From Anaerolineales bacterium (GTDB lineage: Bacteria > Chloroflexota > Anaerolineae > Anaerolineales > Villigracilaceae): DNA of 35,683 nucleotides. The notes below the pieces were generated by a model that saw only the letters and a list, made by a program, of their open reading frames with translations, did not search any database and was not told the DNA's origin. The stretch spans positions 1 to 35,683 of the forward strand of contig JADGQD010000001.1 in assembly GCA_017882065.1 (NCBI GenBank). Direction: 5' to 3'. The position numbers and the translations under genes were made by a program. Of the stretch, positions 1-8,411 are shown in pieces. Position 1 is the first letter of the stretch. Every line of letters begins with the position of its first letter.

Positions 1-37
1 CCGCACGCCGAATTCTTTCGATAATGCTCAGGACGAG

Positions 38-64
38 CCTCGGCCCCTCTGGTCGGGGTTTTTT
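38..64 (+). terminator. Rho-independent terminator of an upstream + strand gene
   Basis: The stem pairs CCTCGGCC (38-45) with GGTCGGGG (51-58), 8 bp including two G-U pairs, with loop CCTCT. It is followed by TTTTTT (59-64). A + strand reading frame ends with TAA at 22-24 just upstream. Confidence 0.6.
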
Positions 65-110
65 ATCGCCTTTTACCAACCACTAATTGCATATTGTTGA
101 AAGTAGAATT

Positions 111-1967
111 ATGCTCACAGAACGAACCGATCTCCGTAATATTGCCATTATCGCCCACGTGGACCACGGCAAGACCACCCTGGTGGACGGGCTCCTGCGC
201 CAGTCTCACACCTTCCGCGATAACCAGCAGGTGGCCGAGCGTGTCATGGACTCCAACGACCTCGAACGTGAGCGCGGCATCACCATCCTGGCCAAGAATA
301 CCGCCATCACCATCCCCGACCCAAAAACGGGTCAGGTGGTCAAAATCAACATCGTGGATACCCCCGGCCATGCCGATTTTGGTGGCGAGGTGGAACGCGT
401 CATGAATATGGTGGATGGCGTCCTGCTCTTGGTGGACGCCGCCGAAGGCCCGATGCCGCAGACCCGTTTCGTACTCAAGAAAGCCCTCGAGATGGGCCAC
501 AAGGCCGTGGTGGTCATCAACAAAGTGGACCGCAAGGACGCCGAACCCGAGCGCGTCGTCAACCAAACCTTTGACCTGTTCATCGAACTGGGAGCCACCG
601 ATGAGCAGGCGGACTTCCCCATTATCTATACCCAGGCGACCAGCGCCCAGGCTGGTTTCTCCCCGGACCTTGGCCCGGATCTCCAGCCGCTGTTCCAGAC
701 CATCCTGCGGCACATCCCCGCCCCTAAAGTGGACGCCGACGCGCCGTTCCAGTTACTCGTCACTACCCTGGGTTACGACGATTACCGCGGCGTAACCGCC
801 GTGGGCCGTATCCATGCTGGCAAGATCAAAGTTGGACAGCCGCTGGCGCGTCTGAAGATTGACGGTACCAACACGCCGGAGCGCGCTCGTTATTTGTATG
901 TGCATCAAGGCTTGAACAAAGTTGAAGTAGAACAGGCCGAAGCCGGTGAGATAATCGCCCTGGCCGGGCTGGAGGGGATTGCCATCGGCGAGACCCTGGC
1001 CGACTCGGAAAACCCGGTTGCCTTGCCAACCATCATAGTGGAAGAACCGACCGTCCGCATGACATTTGGCGTCAATACTTCGCCGTTCTCGGGCAAGGAA
1101 GGCCGCTGGAGCACCTCTCGTAAGTTGCGCGAGCGCCTGTTTGATGAATTGCGCACCAACGTTTCCCTGCGCGTGCAGGAGACCGGGACCGCCGACACAT
1201 TTCTCGTCTCCGGGCGAGGTGAGTTGCATCTGGCTATCCTGATCGAGACCATGCGCCGGGAAGGGTATGAATTCCAGGTATCCCGTCCGGAAGTGATTTT
1301 CCGGAAGGCCGAAGACGGCACCCAGCTCGAGCCGTTCGAGGAAGTCCACGTTGAAACCAGTCCCGAGACGGTGGGGGTGGTGGTGGAAATGCTCGGGGGA
1401 CGGCGCGGTAAAATGATGGACCTGCAGGATACGGGTCAGGGGAGTACGCGGCTGGTGTATATTGTCCCGACGCGCGGTCTGCTTGGTTTCCGTTACCAGT
1501 TCTTGACTGCCACGCGCGGAATGGGAGTGATGAATACGCTTTTCCACGGATATGAGGAAATGGCCGGGCCAATGGCCACGCGTTCCACCGGTTCGCTGGT
1601 GGCCTGGGAAATGGGCGATACCACTGCTTACGCTCTGAAGAGTGCCGAGGACCGCGGGACCCTGTTCTACGCTCCGGGTGTGTCCGTGTACGAGGGGATG
1701 GTCATTGGCGAGAACGCCCGCCCTGGCGACATTCCGATCAACGTCTGCCGCAAGAAGCATTTGACCAACATGCGCTCGTCGCACGGCGACATGGAAATCC
1801 GCCTGACGACGCCGCGCCCGATGAGCATAGACGAGGCGATTGAGTACCTTTCCGATGACGAACTGCTTGAAGTGACGCCGCTTTCGTACCGCATCCGCAA
1901 GCGCATCCTGAATACCGATGAACGCGGTAAACAGGATAAGAAGTCCAAAGAAGCGTTGGAAGAGTAG
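111..1967 (+). CDS. typA: Translational GTPase TypA/BipA
   Basis: GTPase motifs AHVDHGKTT (G1), DTPGHADF (G3) and NKVD (G4) are present. The ~618-aa length and the EF-G-like domain order with a basic C-terminal tail are typical of BipA. ATG 111 ([22 protein letters not shown]) is preferred over the in-frame TTG at 87. Confidence 0.93.
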   Translation: MLTERTDLRNIAIIAHVDHGKTTLVDGLLRQSHTFRDNQQVAERVMDSNDLERERGITILAKNTAITIPDPKTGQVVKINIVDTPGHADFGGEVERVMNMVDGVLLLVDAAEGPMPQTRFVLKKALEMGHKAVVVINKVDRKDAEPERVVNQTFDLFIELGATDEQADFPIIYTQATSAQAGFSPDLGPDLQPLFQTILRHIPAPKVDADAPFQLLVTTLGYDDYRGVTAVGRIHAGKIKVGQPLARLKIDGTNTPERARYLYVHQGLNKVEVEQAEAGEIIALAGLEGIAIGETLADSENPVALPTIIVEEPTVRMTFGVNTSPFSGKEGRWSTSRKLRERLFDELRTNVSLRVQETGTADTFLVSGRGELHLAILIETMRREGYEFQVSRPEVIFRKAEDGTQLEPFEEVHVETSPETVGVVVEMLGGRRGKMMDLQDTGQGSTRLVYIVPTRGLLGFRYQFLTATRGMGVMNTLFHGYEEMAGPMATRSTGSLVAWEMGDTTAYALKSAEDRGTLFYAPGVSVYEGMVIGENARPGDIPINVCRKKHLTNMRSSHGDMEIRLTTPRPMSIDEAIEYLSDDELLEVTPLSYRIRKRILNTDERGKQDKKSKEALEE

Positions 1968-1970
1968 TAA

Positions 1971-2007
1971 TCCTCCCGCAGGTTCGAAACCTGTGGGAGG
2001 ATTTTTT
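1971..2007 (+). terminator. Rho-independent terminator after typA, in a convergent gap
   Basis: A 12-bp stem pairs TCCTCCCGCAGG (1971-1982) with CCTGTGGGAGGA (1990-2001), with one G-U pair and loop TTCGAAA. It is followed by TTTTTT (2002-2007). It lies between the convergent typA and methyltransferase genes. Confidence 0.8.
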
Positions 2008-2011
2008 GAAG

Positions 2012-2650
2012 TTATGACAATTTGTGGGCGATGACGATTTTAACCGGCAATCCCCACATGGATCTTTCTACTATCTCAGTTATTTGAAACCCCGCCGCTT
2101 CGATAACTTTATGGACATAGATGGGGCGGCAGTCAATAAAGTCGGGGAATTTGGCATGCGCCCACTCGTATATCCTGACGGCCACTCCGTCTGTCTTGGC
2201 AAGGGCCACCACTCCGATGCGCCCTTCCGGGCGGAGCACCCGGCGGCATTCTTTCAATACGACGGGGATTTCCGGCAAGTCAAACAGTTCCAGGGTGAAA
2301 CTCGCAAAAACAGCATCGAAACCAGCCGCATTGAACGGCAGGTATGCGGCGTCTCCCAACCGGAGATCAACCTGTTCGGCAAACCCGGATTGTTTGAGAC
2401 GGGACTGTGTCACACGCAGCATTCCCTTAGAAATATCTACCCCGGTAACTTTCCCGGAACCGCCCACGGCTTGCGTCAGTGCCACCAGGCTATGCCCGGT
2501 CCCGAACCCGATCTCGAGCACACTCTCGCCGTCCTGGGCGGCAAGCATATGTAAGCCAATCCCGGTGAAACGACGTTCGCTCGTCCCGGCAAACAGGTCA
2601 TAGAAGCGGCTCATGCGGTCGTAGTTGATTCGAGCGGTGGAATGGTTCAT
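2012..2650 (-). CDS. Class I SAM-dependent methyltransferase
   Basis: SAM-binding motif I VLEIGFGTGH, followed by GVDIS and LRPEGR motifs (Methyltransf_11/UbiE-like). The start overlaps the NUDIX stop codon (ATGA at 2647-2650). Confidence 0.8.
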   Translation of the reverse strand: MNHSTARINYDRMSRFYDLFAGTSERRFTGIGLHMLAAQDGESVLEIGFGTGHSLVALTQAVGGSGKVTGVDISKGMLRVTQSRLKQSGFAEQVDLRLGDAAYLPFNAAGFDAVFASFTLELFDLPEIPVVLKECRRVLRPEGRIGVVALAKTDGVAVRIYEWAHAKFPDFIDCRPIYVHKVIEAAGFQITEIVERSMWGLPVKIVIAHKLS

Positions 2651-3114
2651 CGGATGAACGCAGCATCCTGTCCCGCCAGGGTATCGCGGACGTGTTCAGC
2701 GTGGTCGTGGAACAGGTCCATCTCCATCGCCTCGCGGACGGGGAACCAGTCCACGCCGGTGGTCTCGTTGCTCAGGCCGGGTTCGCCGCTGAGGAGTTCC
2801 ACTTCAAAATTCAGTACCACGACGTGGGCCTGGTTGCCGTCTGGATAGACGGTCACGTGATGTGGATCAGAATAGACACCCGTCAGGCGGGTGGCGCGCA
2901 CCCGTAACCCGGTCTCCTCCCAGACTTCGCGCTCGCAGCCTTCCGCCACTGATTCGCCCGCTTCGATCATCCCGCCGGGCAGGCACCACATCCCGTTGTC
3001 TGCGCGGCGGGTGAGCAGGACTTTCGCGTGTTTTTCATCGAACAGCACCGCCGAGCATCCCAGGCGGAGTTTGCCCTGTTTGCTGATGCGTTCGCCATAA
3101 ATGATATGAGTCAT
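2647..3114 (-). CDS. NUDIX hydrolase
   Basis: Nudix box GGMIEAGESVAEGCEREVWEETGL is present. ATG 3114 (MTHIIYGE...) is preferred over GTG 3144 because a perfect TATAAT lies 6 nt upstream of it. Confidence 0.8.
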   Translation of the reverse strand: MTHIIYGERISKQGKLRLGCSAVLFDEKHAKVLLTRRADNGMWCLPGGMIEAGESVAEGCEREVWEETGLRVRATRLTGVYSDPHHVTVYPDGNQAHVVVLNFEVELLSGEPGLSNETTGVDWFPVREAMEMDLFHDHAEHVRDTLAGQDAAFIR

Positions 3115-3120
3115 ATGCCC

Positions 3121-3126
3121 ATTATA
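3121..3126 (-). promoter_or_regulatory. -10 box (TATAAT) 6 nt upstream of the NUDIX ATG; leaderless-type promoter
   Basis: The minus strand reads cctgTATAATgggcatATGactcat. The hexamer is a perfect consensus and the 6-nt spacer places the expected TSS at the A of the ATG. Confidence 0.5.
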
Positions 3127-3159
3127 CAGGAATGGCCCGCACACGTACCCGTCCTGTCA

Positions 3160-4002
3160 TTATCGGACGAACGTCCCATCCTTCAAATCGGCCAGCGCTT
3201 GCTGGATTTCTTCGCGCGTATTCATCACAAACGGTCCATAAGGGACGATTGGCTCTCCAAACGGTGCACCGGCCATCAGCATGAAACGAACTGGCGAGTC
3301 ATCGGCCTGGACTCCGATCTGGTTGCCCTCACCAAAGACGACCATCTTGACCGACGCGACGGCAGTATCCCCAAAGATTCCCTTTCCATCGAATATATAG
3401 GCCAGGACAGTGTGTTCCTCGGGTACCGGCAGGCTAAATTTGGATCCGGCTTCCATCGTCACATCCAGGTATACCGGATTGGCGGCGATCTCTGTTACCG
3501 GACCGTGCAGGCTGTTCACAGTGCCTGCTACCACGCGCACGCGGCAGCCGTCCTTTTCGAACACCGGGATTGTTTCATCACCGACTTCCTGGTAACGCGG
3601 ACGGGACATTTTTTGCGCTGCGGGCAAGTTGACCCATAACTGGAAACCGTCAATGATCCCATCCGGTCCGCGGCGGGGCATCTCCTCGTGCAGAATACCA
3701 CCTCCAGCGGTCATCCACTGCACGTCGCCGGGACCGATGATACCGGCGTTGCCAAGGCTGTCGCGGTGGTTGACGCTGCCTTTGAGAATATAAGAGACCG
3801 TCTCGATGCCCCGGTGAGGGTGCATCGGGAACCCGCGGATAGGACCCTCCGCCGGGTCATTGAAGGCAAAGTGATCAAACAGGAGGAACGGGTCAAACCG
3901 GTTGGTAACCTGAGGTGCAATGGAACGACGCAAGAGCACCCCCGCGCCTTCCATGACATATTGCGGTTCGATAATTTCTTTGACGGTGCGTACGTTTTTC
4001 AT
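3160..4002 (-). CDS. Pirin family protein (bicupin)
   Basis: The N-terminal cupin metal-ligand region FPMHPHRGIETVSYILKGSVNHRDS...HEE is present, and the ~280-aa two-cupin layout is typical of pirins. The SD AGGAG lies 9 nt upstream of the ATG. Confidence 0.85.
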   Translation of the reverse strand: MKNVRTVKEIIEPQYVMEGAGVLLRRSIAPQVTNRFDPFLLFDHFAFNDPAEGPIRGFPMHPHRGIETVSYILKGSVNHRDSLGNAGIIGPGDVQWMTAGGGILHEEMPRRGPDGIIDGFQLWVNLPAAQKMSRPRYQEVGDETIPVFEKDGCRVRVVAGTVNSLHGPVTEIAANPVYLDVTMEAGSKFSLPVPEEHTVLAYIFDGKGIFGDTAVASVKMVVFGEGNQIGVQADDSPVRFMLMAGAPFGEPIVPYGPFVMNTREEIQQALADLKDGTFVR

Positions 4003-4027
4003 ACCAATATGCTCCTAATTAAAGGCG

Positions 4028-4036
4028 ATTGTACCA
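4028..4036 (-). promoter_or_regulatory. Extended -10 promoter element (TGGTACAAT) for the pirin gene
   Basis: The minus strand reads caccacTGGTACAATcgcctttaattAGGAGcatattggtATG, a TGn-extended -10 about 25 nt upstream of the ATG. Confidence 0.4.
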
Positions 4037-4116
4037 GTGGTTGATTAGAATTGAATAAAACTAGCATATTCTGTGAATTCGCCAAAGAAGTTGTTGGATT
4101 AGTTGTTTTTGCACAG

Positions 4117-4884
4117 CTATTTTAGGCTGAAACCTTGTTTTTCCAACTCAGCGCGTAGCTCTGTCCGTACCGCCTGCGAGACTCGTCGGGCAGAGTGCTC
4201 CATCCAGCTGTAATCTTCCATCGCTTCCGGATTGTTTGGGACCGGAACCTGATGCCCTTTGTATATGCCGGTGGCGATCATAGTTACATCATATGCGCGT
4301 AGGCTATCGTCTTCGGCGGTGCGATCATAGGTTTCCCCGTGCAGAACCGATTTGAGCGGCAGGCGCGGCTTGATGTTTACCTGTTTATCGGGCCAGCCGA
4401 GCGTCATCCCGGTGATGGGGAAGGTCAGCCGTGGCAATCCGAGCAGTTCGATGACTTCGACTGGATTGTTACGAATGCTACCGATGTAGCAGATGCCCAA
4501 TCCGAGCGATTCGGCGGCCAACGCGGCATTCTGCGCCGCAATAGACGCATCTACGGCGGCGATGAGGAAGTTTTCGGTGTAATCGGTCACCTGGGTGTAG
4601 CCGCGCAATTGGCAGACACGCTCGAGGCGCGCCAAGTCCGCACACCAGGCCAGAAAGACCGGGGCTTCGCGTATGTGAGCCTGGTTGCCGCACAATTCCG
4701 AGAGCCGGACACGGTTCCCGAGGTCCGTCACCGCGACGACGCAGTAGGTTTGCAGGTTGGACGAGGTGGATGCGCACTGCGCGGCGGCGATGATGGTCTC
4801 AATAACGGAATTGGGAATTGGGTTTGGTTTGTAGTGCCTGACCGAAGCGTGGAGATGGATCAGGTCGATAGTGGGGTTTTCCAT
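4117..4884 (-). CDS. NfsA/FRP-like NAD(P)H nitroreductase
   Basis: The nitroreductase-fold N-terminus HASVRHYKPNPIP and an overall ~255-aa NfsA-like pattern are present. ATG 4884 is preceded by GGAGA. The 44-codon upstream extension of the ORF has no SD and looks non-coding. Confidence 0.75.
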   Translation of the reverse strand: MENPTIDLIHLHASVRHYKPNPIPNSVIETIIAAAQCASTSSNLQTYCVVAVTDLGNRVRLSELCGNQAHIREAPVFLAWCADLARLERVCQLRGYTQVTDYTENFLIAAVDASIAAQNAALAAESLGLGICYIGSIRNNPVEVIELLGLPRLTFPITGMTLGWPDKQVNIKPRLPLKSVLHGETYDRTAEDDSLRAYDVTMIATGIYKGHQVPVPNNPEAMEDYSWMEHSARRVSQAVRTELRAELEKQGFSLK

Positions 4885-4900
4885 GGGTTCTCCATCAGAT

Positions 4901-4914
4901 TTAGTTGCAACTAA
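4901..4914. promoter_or_regulatory. Perfect 14-bp palindrome TTAGTTGCAACTAA in the nitroreductase 5' region (candidate operator)
   Basis: The sequence is self-complementary and lies 17-30 nt upstream of the nitroreductase ATG (4884). Confidence 0.45.
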
Positions 4915-4969
4915 TTTAATAGGAAAAGAGGTTCTTGTCACAACACTATCTTTACAAAGACGCGGCGAG

Positions 4970-4999
4970 TTGTATAAGACAAATAACTTTGTTATACAA
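4970..4999. promoter_or_regulatory. Symmetric inverted repeat TTGTATAA-N14-TTATACAA; possible overlapping divergent promoters
   Basis: On either strand the element reads TTGTAT-N17-TATACA, a -35-like and -10-like pair. It sits in the divergent gap between the nitroreductase (-) and the disrupted membrane gene (+). Confidence 0.35.
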
Positions 5000-5027
5000 A
5001 GCAAATGATTAAACAAAGGGGGAACAC

Positions 5028-5514
5028 TTGACGAACCAATTAAACTTCTAACAACTGGAGCGCGAGGCGTTCCGCTCTAACTACAAGGATGGGCTGGGAC
5101 GTGTACCTGGGCCTGATTGTGATCTTCATCGCATTTTTCCTATCCCGGCCGGGAGAGGGTTACGGCGCGTGGAATATCCTCCTATTGATGACGAGTTACG
5201 GGTTGGCTTAACTGATCTTCTGGGCAGGAAAAAAGTACATCACCCTGCTGAGCATTGGGCAAGTCATTTTCGAGCCGGTCCGCAAGCGGAAGAAGACCAC
5301 CCAGACGATCAAATTGGGAATTGTCGTTGCAGTGCAGGCGGGGATCGTCTTGTTAAGCGTGGCTGGCTGGCTCAACTCCGAATTTTGGGGGAAGAGCAAT
5401 GCCTTCCTCCAGACTGGGAACCTGCAACACCTGGCAGTGGCCGCTGTTGGAACTCTGTTCGTCGGACCGGCAGTGATCCTGATCGCCTACTTCAACGACT
5501 TCCTGCGCGGCTGA
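5028..5514 (+). pseudogene. Disrupted multi-pass membrane protein gene (in-frame TAA stops plus a probable frameshift)
   Basis: A strong SD AAAGGGGGA lies 5 nt before TTG 5028. The frame reads MTNQLNF, TAA (5049-5051), then QLEREAFRSNYKDGL. The coding signal then moves to the +1 frame near 5091-5097 (WDVYLGLIVIFIAFFLS...). That frame is cut by TAA at 5209-5211 in the middle of a hydrophobic segment (ILLLMTSYGLA*LIFWAGKKY) and continues open to TGA 5512-5514. The 34 codons after the TAA have no start codon. Confidence 0.45.
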
Positions 5515-5593
5515 CCCAGTCGCAGTCGGCGTGTGTCAGCGGACGGATTTGAAAATCTGGTATCGAAATTGACCTTTTATTTTTAAATCTTAT

Positions 5594-6103
5594 TTATTGC
5601 ACAACAATCTTGATAAAAAAAACCTCGCCAAATGGAATGCCCTTCGCATCGAAGGCCTGCCATTCGCTATAGTATTCACCTGTTTCCATCGGGGTGGTGA
5701 AAAAAATCCGCAGGGTAGCTTGCATCCCGGCACGGGCAGGGTAGAGCGCCTGTTCAAGGGATGCGCCCAGCGCAACCCCACCGACCAGACGCAGGCGATA
5801 ACGGCTGTCCCAGTTACAGGAACCGGAGTTCTGGACGAGCCATTGTTTATCCAGCGCACTACCGGGTGCGACGATGGAGTAGTCGGGAATTGTCGCGTCA
5901 TCTAAGAAAGCCAGCCCGTCTATGCAGGTTAGAGTGGGGGTTAAGAAAACCGGAAAAGATGAAAAAAATGTTTCGGTGGGAACAATGGCTGGAAGAGAAG
6001 GGGTAGAGAGCGCAGTACTATTTCCACCGCAGGCAGACAAAAGGACCCACAGATAAACACAGATGGACACAGTGATAAGCTTTCTACGCTTTTCTGTGTC
6101 CAT
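5594..6103 (-). CDS. Secreted lipoprotein with an NBR1 FW-like (Ig-like) domain
   Basis: A signal peptide with lipobox LLSAC is present. The C-terminal domain (DATIPDYSIVAPGSALDKQWLVQNSGSCNWDSRYRLRLVGG...GEYYSEWQAFDAKGIPFGEVFFIKIVV) follows the NBR1-like pattern TIPDG..PG..F.K.W.v.N.G...W...L....G...G.Y.S.W......FG. The gene starts 27 nt after the recA stop and has SD GAGAGG. Confidence 0.7.
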   Translation of the reverse strand: MDTEKRRKLITVSICVYLWVLLSACGGNSTALSTPSLPAIVPTETFFSSFPVFLTPTLTCIDGLAFLDDATIPDYSIVAPGSALDKQWLVQNSGSCNWDSRYRLRLVGGVALGASLEQALYPARAGMQATLRIFFTTPMETGEYYSEWQAFDAKGIPFGEVFFIKIVVQ

Positions 6104-6130
6104 CTGAAACCTCTCGCGAATTGCTTAAAA

Positions 6131-7225
6131 TCAGGCTTCTTCTGAGGAGGCTACGCCACCAGAATCATCACCACTGCCAGTGACAAGCGGGATGGCAACT
6201 TCGCCCCCGCTGGCGCGCTGGCGGATGACCAGTTCGATTTCGTTGGCCAGATCCGGATTCTGGCGTAGGAACTCCTTGGAGTTCTCGCGGCCCTGCCCAA
6301 GGCGGGTTTCGCCATAAGAGAAAAAAGCGCCGCGCTTATCCACGATCTCAAGTTGGGCCGCCAGGTCAATTAGGTCGCCGACCTTGGAGATGCCTTCGCT
6401 GTACATGATATCGAACTCGGCAGTGCGGAACGGGGGCGCGACCTTGTTCTTGACCACGCGCACACGCGTGCGGTTGCCGACGATTTCAGCCCCGATCTTG
6501 ATGGACTGGATGCGGCGCACGTCCAGGCGGACGGAGGCATAGAACTTGAGCGCATTGCCACCGGTGGTGGTTTCCGGATTGCCGAACATCACCCCGATTT
6601 TCATACGCAATTGGTTGGTAAAGACGACTGATGTCTTGGTCTGGTTGATGGCCCCGGAGAGTTTGCGCAGAGCCTGGGACATCAAACGAGCCATGGCGCC
6701 CATCTGTGCGTCACCCATATCACCTTCGATTTCGGATCTGGGAACCAGCGCGGCGACCGAGTCGATGACCACCAGTTCCACTGCGCCGGAGCGGACGAGC
6801 GTTTCGGTAATTTCAAGGGCCTGTTCGCCAGTGTCGGGTTGGGAGACGAGTAGGTTGTCAATATCCACACCGCATTTGGCGGCATATGCCGGGTCGAGGG
6901 CATGTTCCATATCCACGTAAGCAGCAGTGCCGCCCATTTTTTGTACTTCGGCAACAATATGCTGGCATAGGGTGGTTTTACCGGACGATTCCGGACCGTA
7001 AATTTCGGTGATGCGTCCACGCGGAATGCCGCCAATGCCCAGTGCCAGGTCGAGGGAGAGCGAACCAGTCGGGATGGCGTCAATGGTCATTTTTTGGGCT
7101 TCGCCCAGCCGCATGATGGAGCCATCGCCGTAGCGTTTGATAATATCCCCGAGGGCTTTATCAAGCATGTTGCGGCGGCCTTCATCCATCGTGGATCCTG
7201 CAGATGTGTCAGATTTGCGAGCCAT
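6131..7225 (-). CDS. recA: Recombinase RecA
   Basis: Walker [10 protein letters not shown], Walker [11 protein letters not shown] and the L2 region [28 protein letters not shown] are present, with full-length RecA collinearity. The SD GAGAGGA precedes the ATG. Confidence 0.97.
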   Translation of the reverse strand: MARKSDTSAGSTMDEGRRNMLDKALGDIIKRYGDGSIMRLGEAQKMTIDAIPTGSLSLDLALGIGGIPRGRITEIYGPESSGKTTLCQHIVAEVQKMGGTAAYVDMEHALDPAYAAKCGVDIDNLLVSQPDTGEQALEITETLVRSGAVELVVIDSVAALVPRSEIEGDMGDAQMGAMARLMSQALRKLSGAINQTKTSVVFTNQLRMKIGVMFGNPETTTGGNALKFYASVRLDVRRIQSIKIGAEIVGNRTRVRVVKNKVAPPFRTAEFDIMYSEGISKVGDLIDLAAQLEIVDKRGAFFSYGETRLGQGRENSKEFLRQNPDLANEIELVIRQRASGGEVAIPLVTGSGDDSGGVASSEEA

Positions 7226-7255
7226 AATTATCCTCTCTATCCTTGAATTGGGTCG

Positions 7256-7283
7256 AGTATAGCACAGATGTTCGATACGTCAA
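7256..7283 (-). promoter_or_regulatory. recA promoter (TTGACG-N16-TATACT) with an embedded SOS-box-like GAAC-N4-GTGC
   Basis: The minus strand reads TTGACGtatCGAACatctGTGCTATACT. The hexamers are near-consensus. The spacer matches the Cheo-type LexA box GAAC-N4-GTTC with one mismatch. Confidence 0.55.
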
Positions 7284-7287
7284 GAGT

Positions 7288-8409
7288 TCAAGGCACGCCG
7301 GTCTCTGGTGTGGAAGGCGCGGTGAAGTCGTAGAATTTGTATCCATAGAATGAAAAATATGTAATCTGTCCCGGAAGGATTTGTATATTAACCTTTCTGT
7401 TCATTGCGCCGTAAGGGATGTTGAGTTCATAAACACCGGCTGGTAAGTCGCCCAGAACCACGTTTTCATTGTAATACGCGTCACTGTTGACAGTCAACGG
7501 TCCATAAGTCTTGACTGAATATTGCTTCTCCGTATCGAGAGATTTTAACATGACCAGGTAAGAATCAAGCCGTTCTCCGTACGTGCTCATCACACGACCA
7601 ACCAAGACGCCATACCCTTGCGGTGGTGATACCCACAATTCCGGATTGCGTGTCTTCCAGAAATCGTTCTCTCCGAGTCGAACCTCGAAGTGGAGGTGAG
7701 GTCCGGTGGTCATACCTGTATCCCCGACATTACCCACCACGTCACCGGTGTTCACCCATTGACCAACAATCACGTCCACTTCATCCATGTGGGCATAGAC
7801 GGTGTAGAGTGGCTGATTCTTGTAACCGAAGTCATGGCGTATGGCGACGGCCAGGCCGAAGGGATCTTTCAAATTATACTTTGAGCCAGAGTATAGCCCA
7901 ATTCCGGCCCAGACAACCGTTCCCGGCCCGGCAGCCAGCACCTCGGCTCCACGCGGGGCTGGCAGGTCAATTCCGGTGTGGATTACGTCTGGTCGAAAAT
8001 AGATGCCGCCATAACGGTAATCCCAGACTGGGTCGCCGGGGTAGGTGGCGGCAATGGGAGCAGCGAAATAGAAATGGTCAAAAGGCGAGAGGGCCCAGGG
8101 TATAGGATAGAGCGGCGGGCGGTATTCCGCTCCTTCGGCAGGAATGACGGTGGGGAAGAACAATTGCATGTCGCTGATGGTCGCGGTTGCGAACGGGAGG
8201 GGCGTTTCAGTCGCAGCCGGCGGCGTTGGGGTTTTGGATGGAAGCGCGAGTGCAATCTCGGGAGTGGATGATGGGTTGGACGCAGGAGCAGTAAAGGAAG
8301 AGTCGGGAGATTGAATTGTAGGTAAAGATGCCGTAAGCGCAGGTGTAGGAGCGCAGGCGGTCAGAAAAACCCCAAATAAAAGGAACCGCAAACCGAAAAC
8401 GGGTTTCAT
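7288..8409 (-). CDS. M23 (LytM-type) metallopeptidase, secreted lipoprotein
   Basis: Signal peptide with lipobox LTAC and a Pro/Thr/Ser-rich linker. The M23 metal ligands are HTGIDL (HxxxD) and GPHLHFEV (HxH). The start lies 2 nt after the stop of the upstream gene. Confidence 0.88.
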   Translation of the reverse strand: MKPVFGLRFLLFGVFLTACAPTPALTASLPTIQSPDSSFTAPASNPSSTPEIALALPSKTPTPPAATETPLPFATATISDMQLFFPTVIPAEGAEYRPPLYPIPWALSPFDHFYFAAPIAATYPGDPVWDYRYGGIYFRPDVIHTGIDLPAPRGAEVLAAGPGTVVWAGIGLYSGSKYNLKDPFGLAVAIRHDFGYKNQPLYTVYAHMDEVDVIVGQWVNTGDVVGNVGDTGMTTGPHLHFEVRLGENDFWKTRNPELWVSPPQGYGVLVGRVMSTYGERLDSYLVMLKSLDTEKQYSVKTYGPLTVNSDAYYNENVVLGDLPAGVYELNIPYGAMNRKVNIQILPGQITYFSFYGYKFYDFTAPSTPETGVP

Positions 8410-8411
8410 GA

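Noticed and set aside
104-109. TAGAAT just upstream of the typA ATG as another leaderless promoter.
   Set aside because: The spacer to the ATG is only 1 nt, incompatible with a TSS at the start codon. I found no convincing -35/-10 pair for typA and leave its promoter uncalled.
753-1784. Long antisense ORFs opposite well-supported genes. Examples are 753-1784 (343 aa, opposite typA), 20424-21497 (357 aa, opposite pyk), 23105-24052 (315 aa, opposite korB), 32214-33611 (465 aa, opposite PSP1/mrp), 28148-28909, 21603-22235, 18061-18756, 14463-15056 and 11524-12126.
   Set aside because: All lie on the opposite strand of genes with unmistakable family motifs. Their translations are Arg/Gly/His/Pro-rich low-complexity sequences typical of shadow ORFs in GC-rich DNA. 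None has an SD or promoter signal.
5049-5211. Possibility that the in-frame TAA codons indicate stop-codon reassignment or programmed readthrough.
   Set aside because: TAA is clearly used as a genuine stop by other genes in the window (korA, korB, arfB, pirin, the thrC-like gene and the PD40 protein gene). A frameshift also accompanies the stops, which fits decay or sequence error better than recoding.
5169-5552. 127-aa ORF offered by the ORF track in the 5.0-5.5 kb region.
   Set aside because: The translation (…RAGPQAEEDHPDDQIGNCRCSAGGDRLVKRG…) looks like an out-of-frame read. The alternative frame gives four clean TM helices with GC-rich third positions, so I call the locus a disrupted membrane-protein gene instead.
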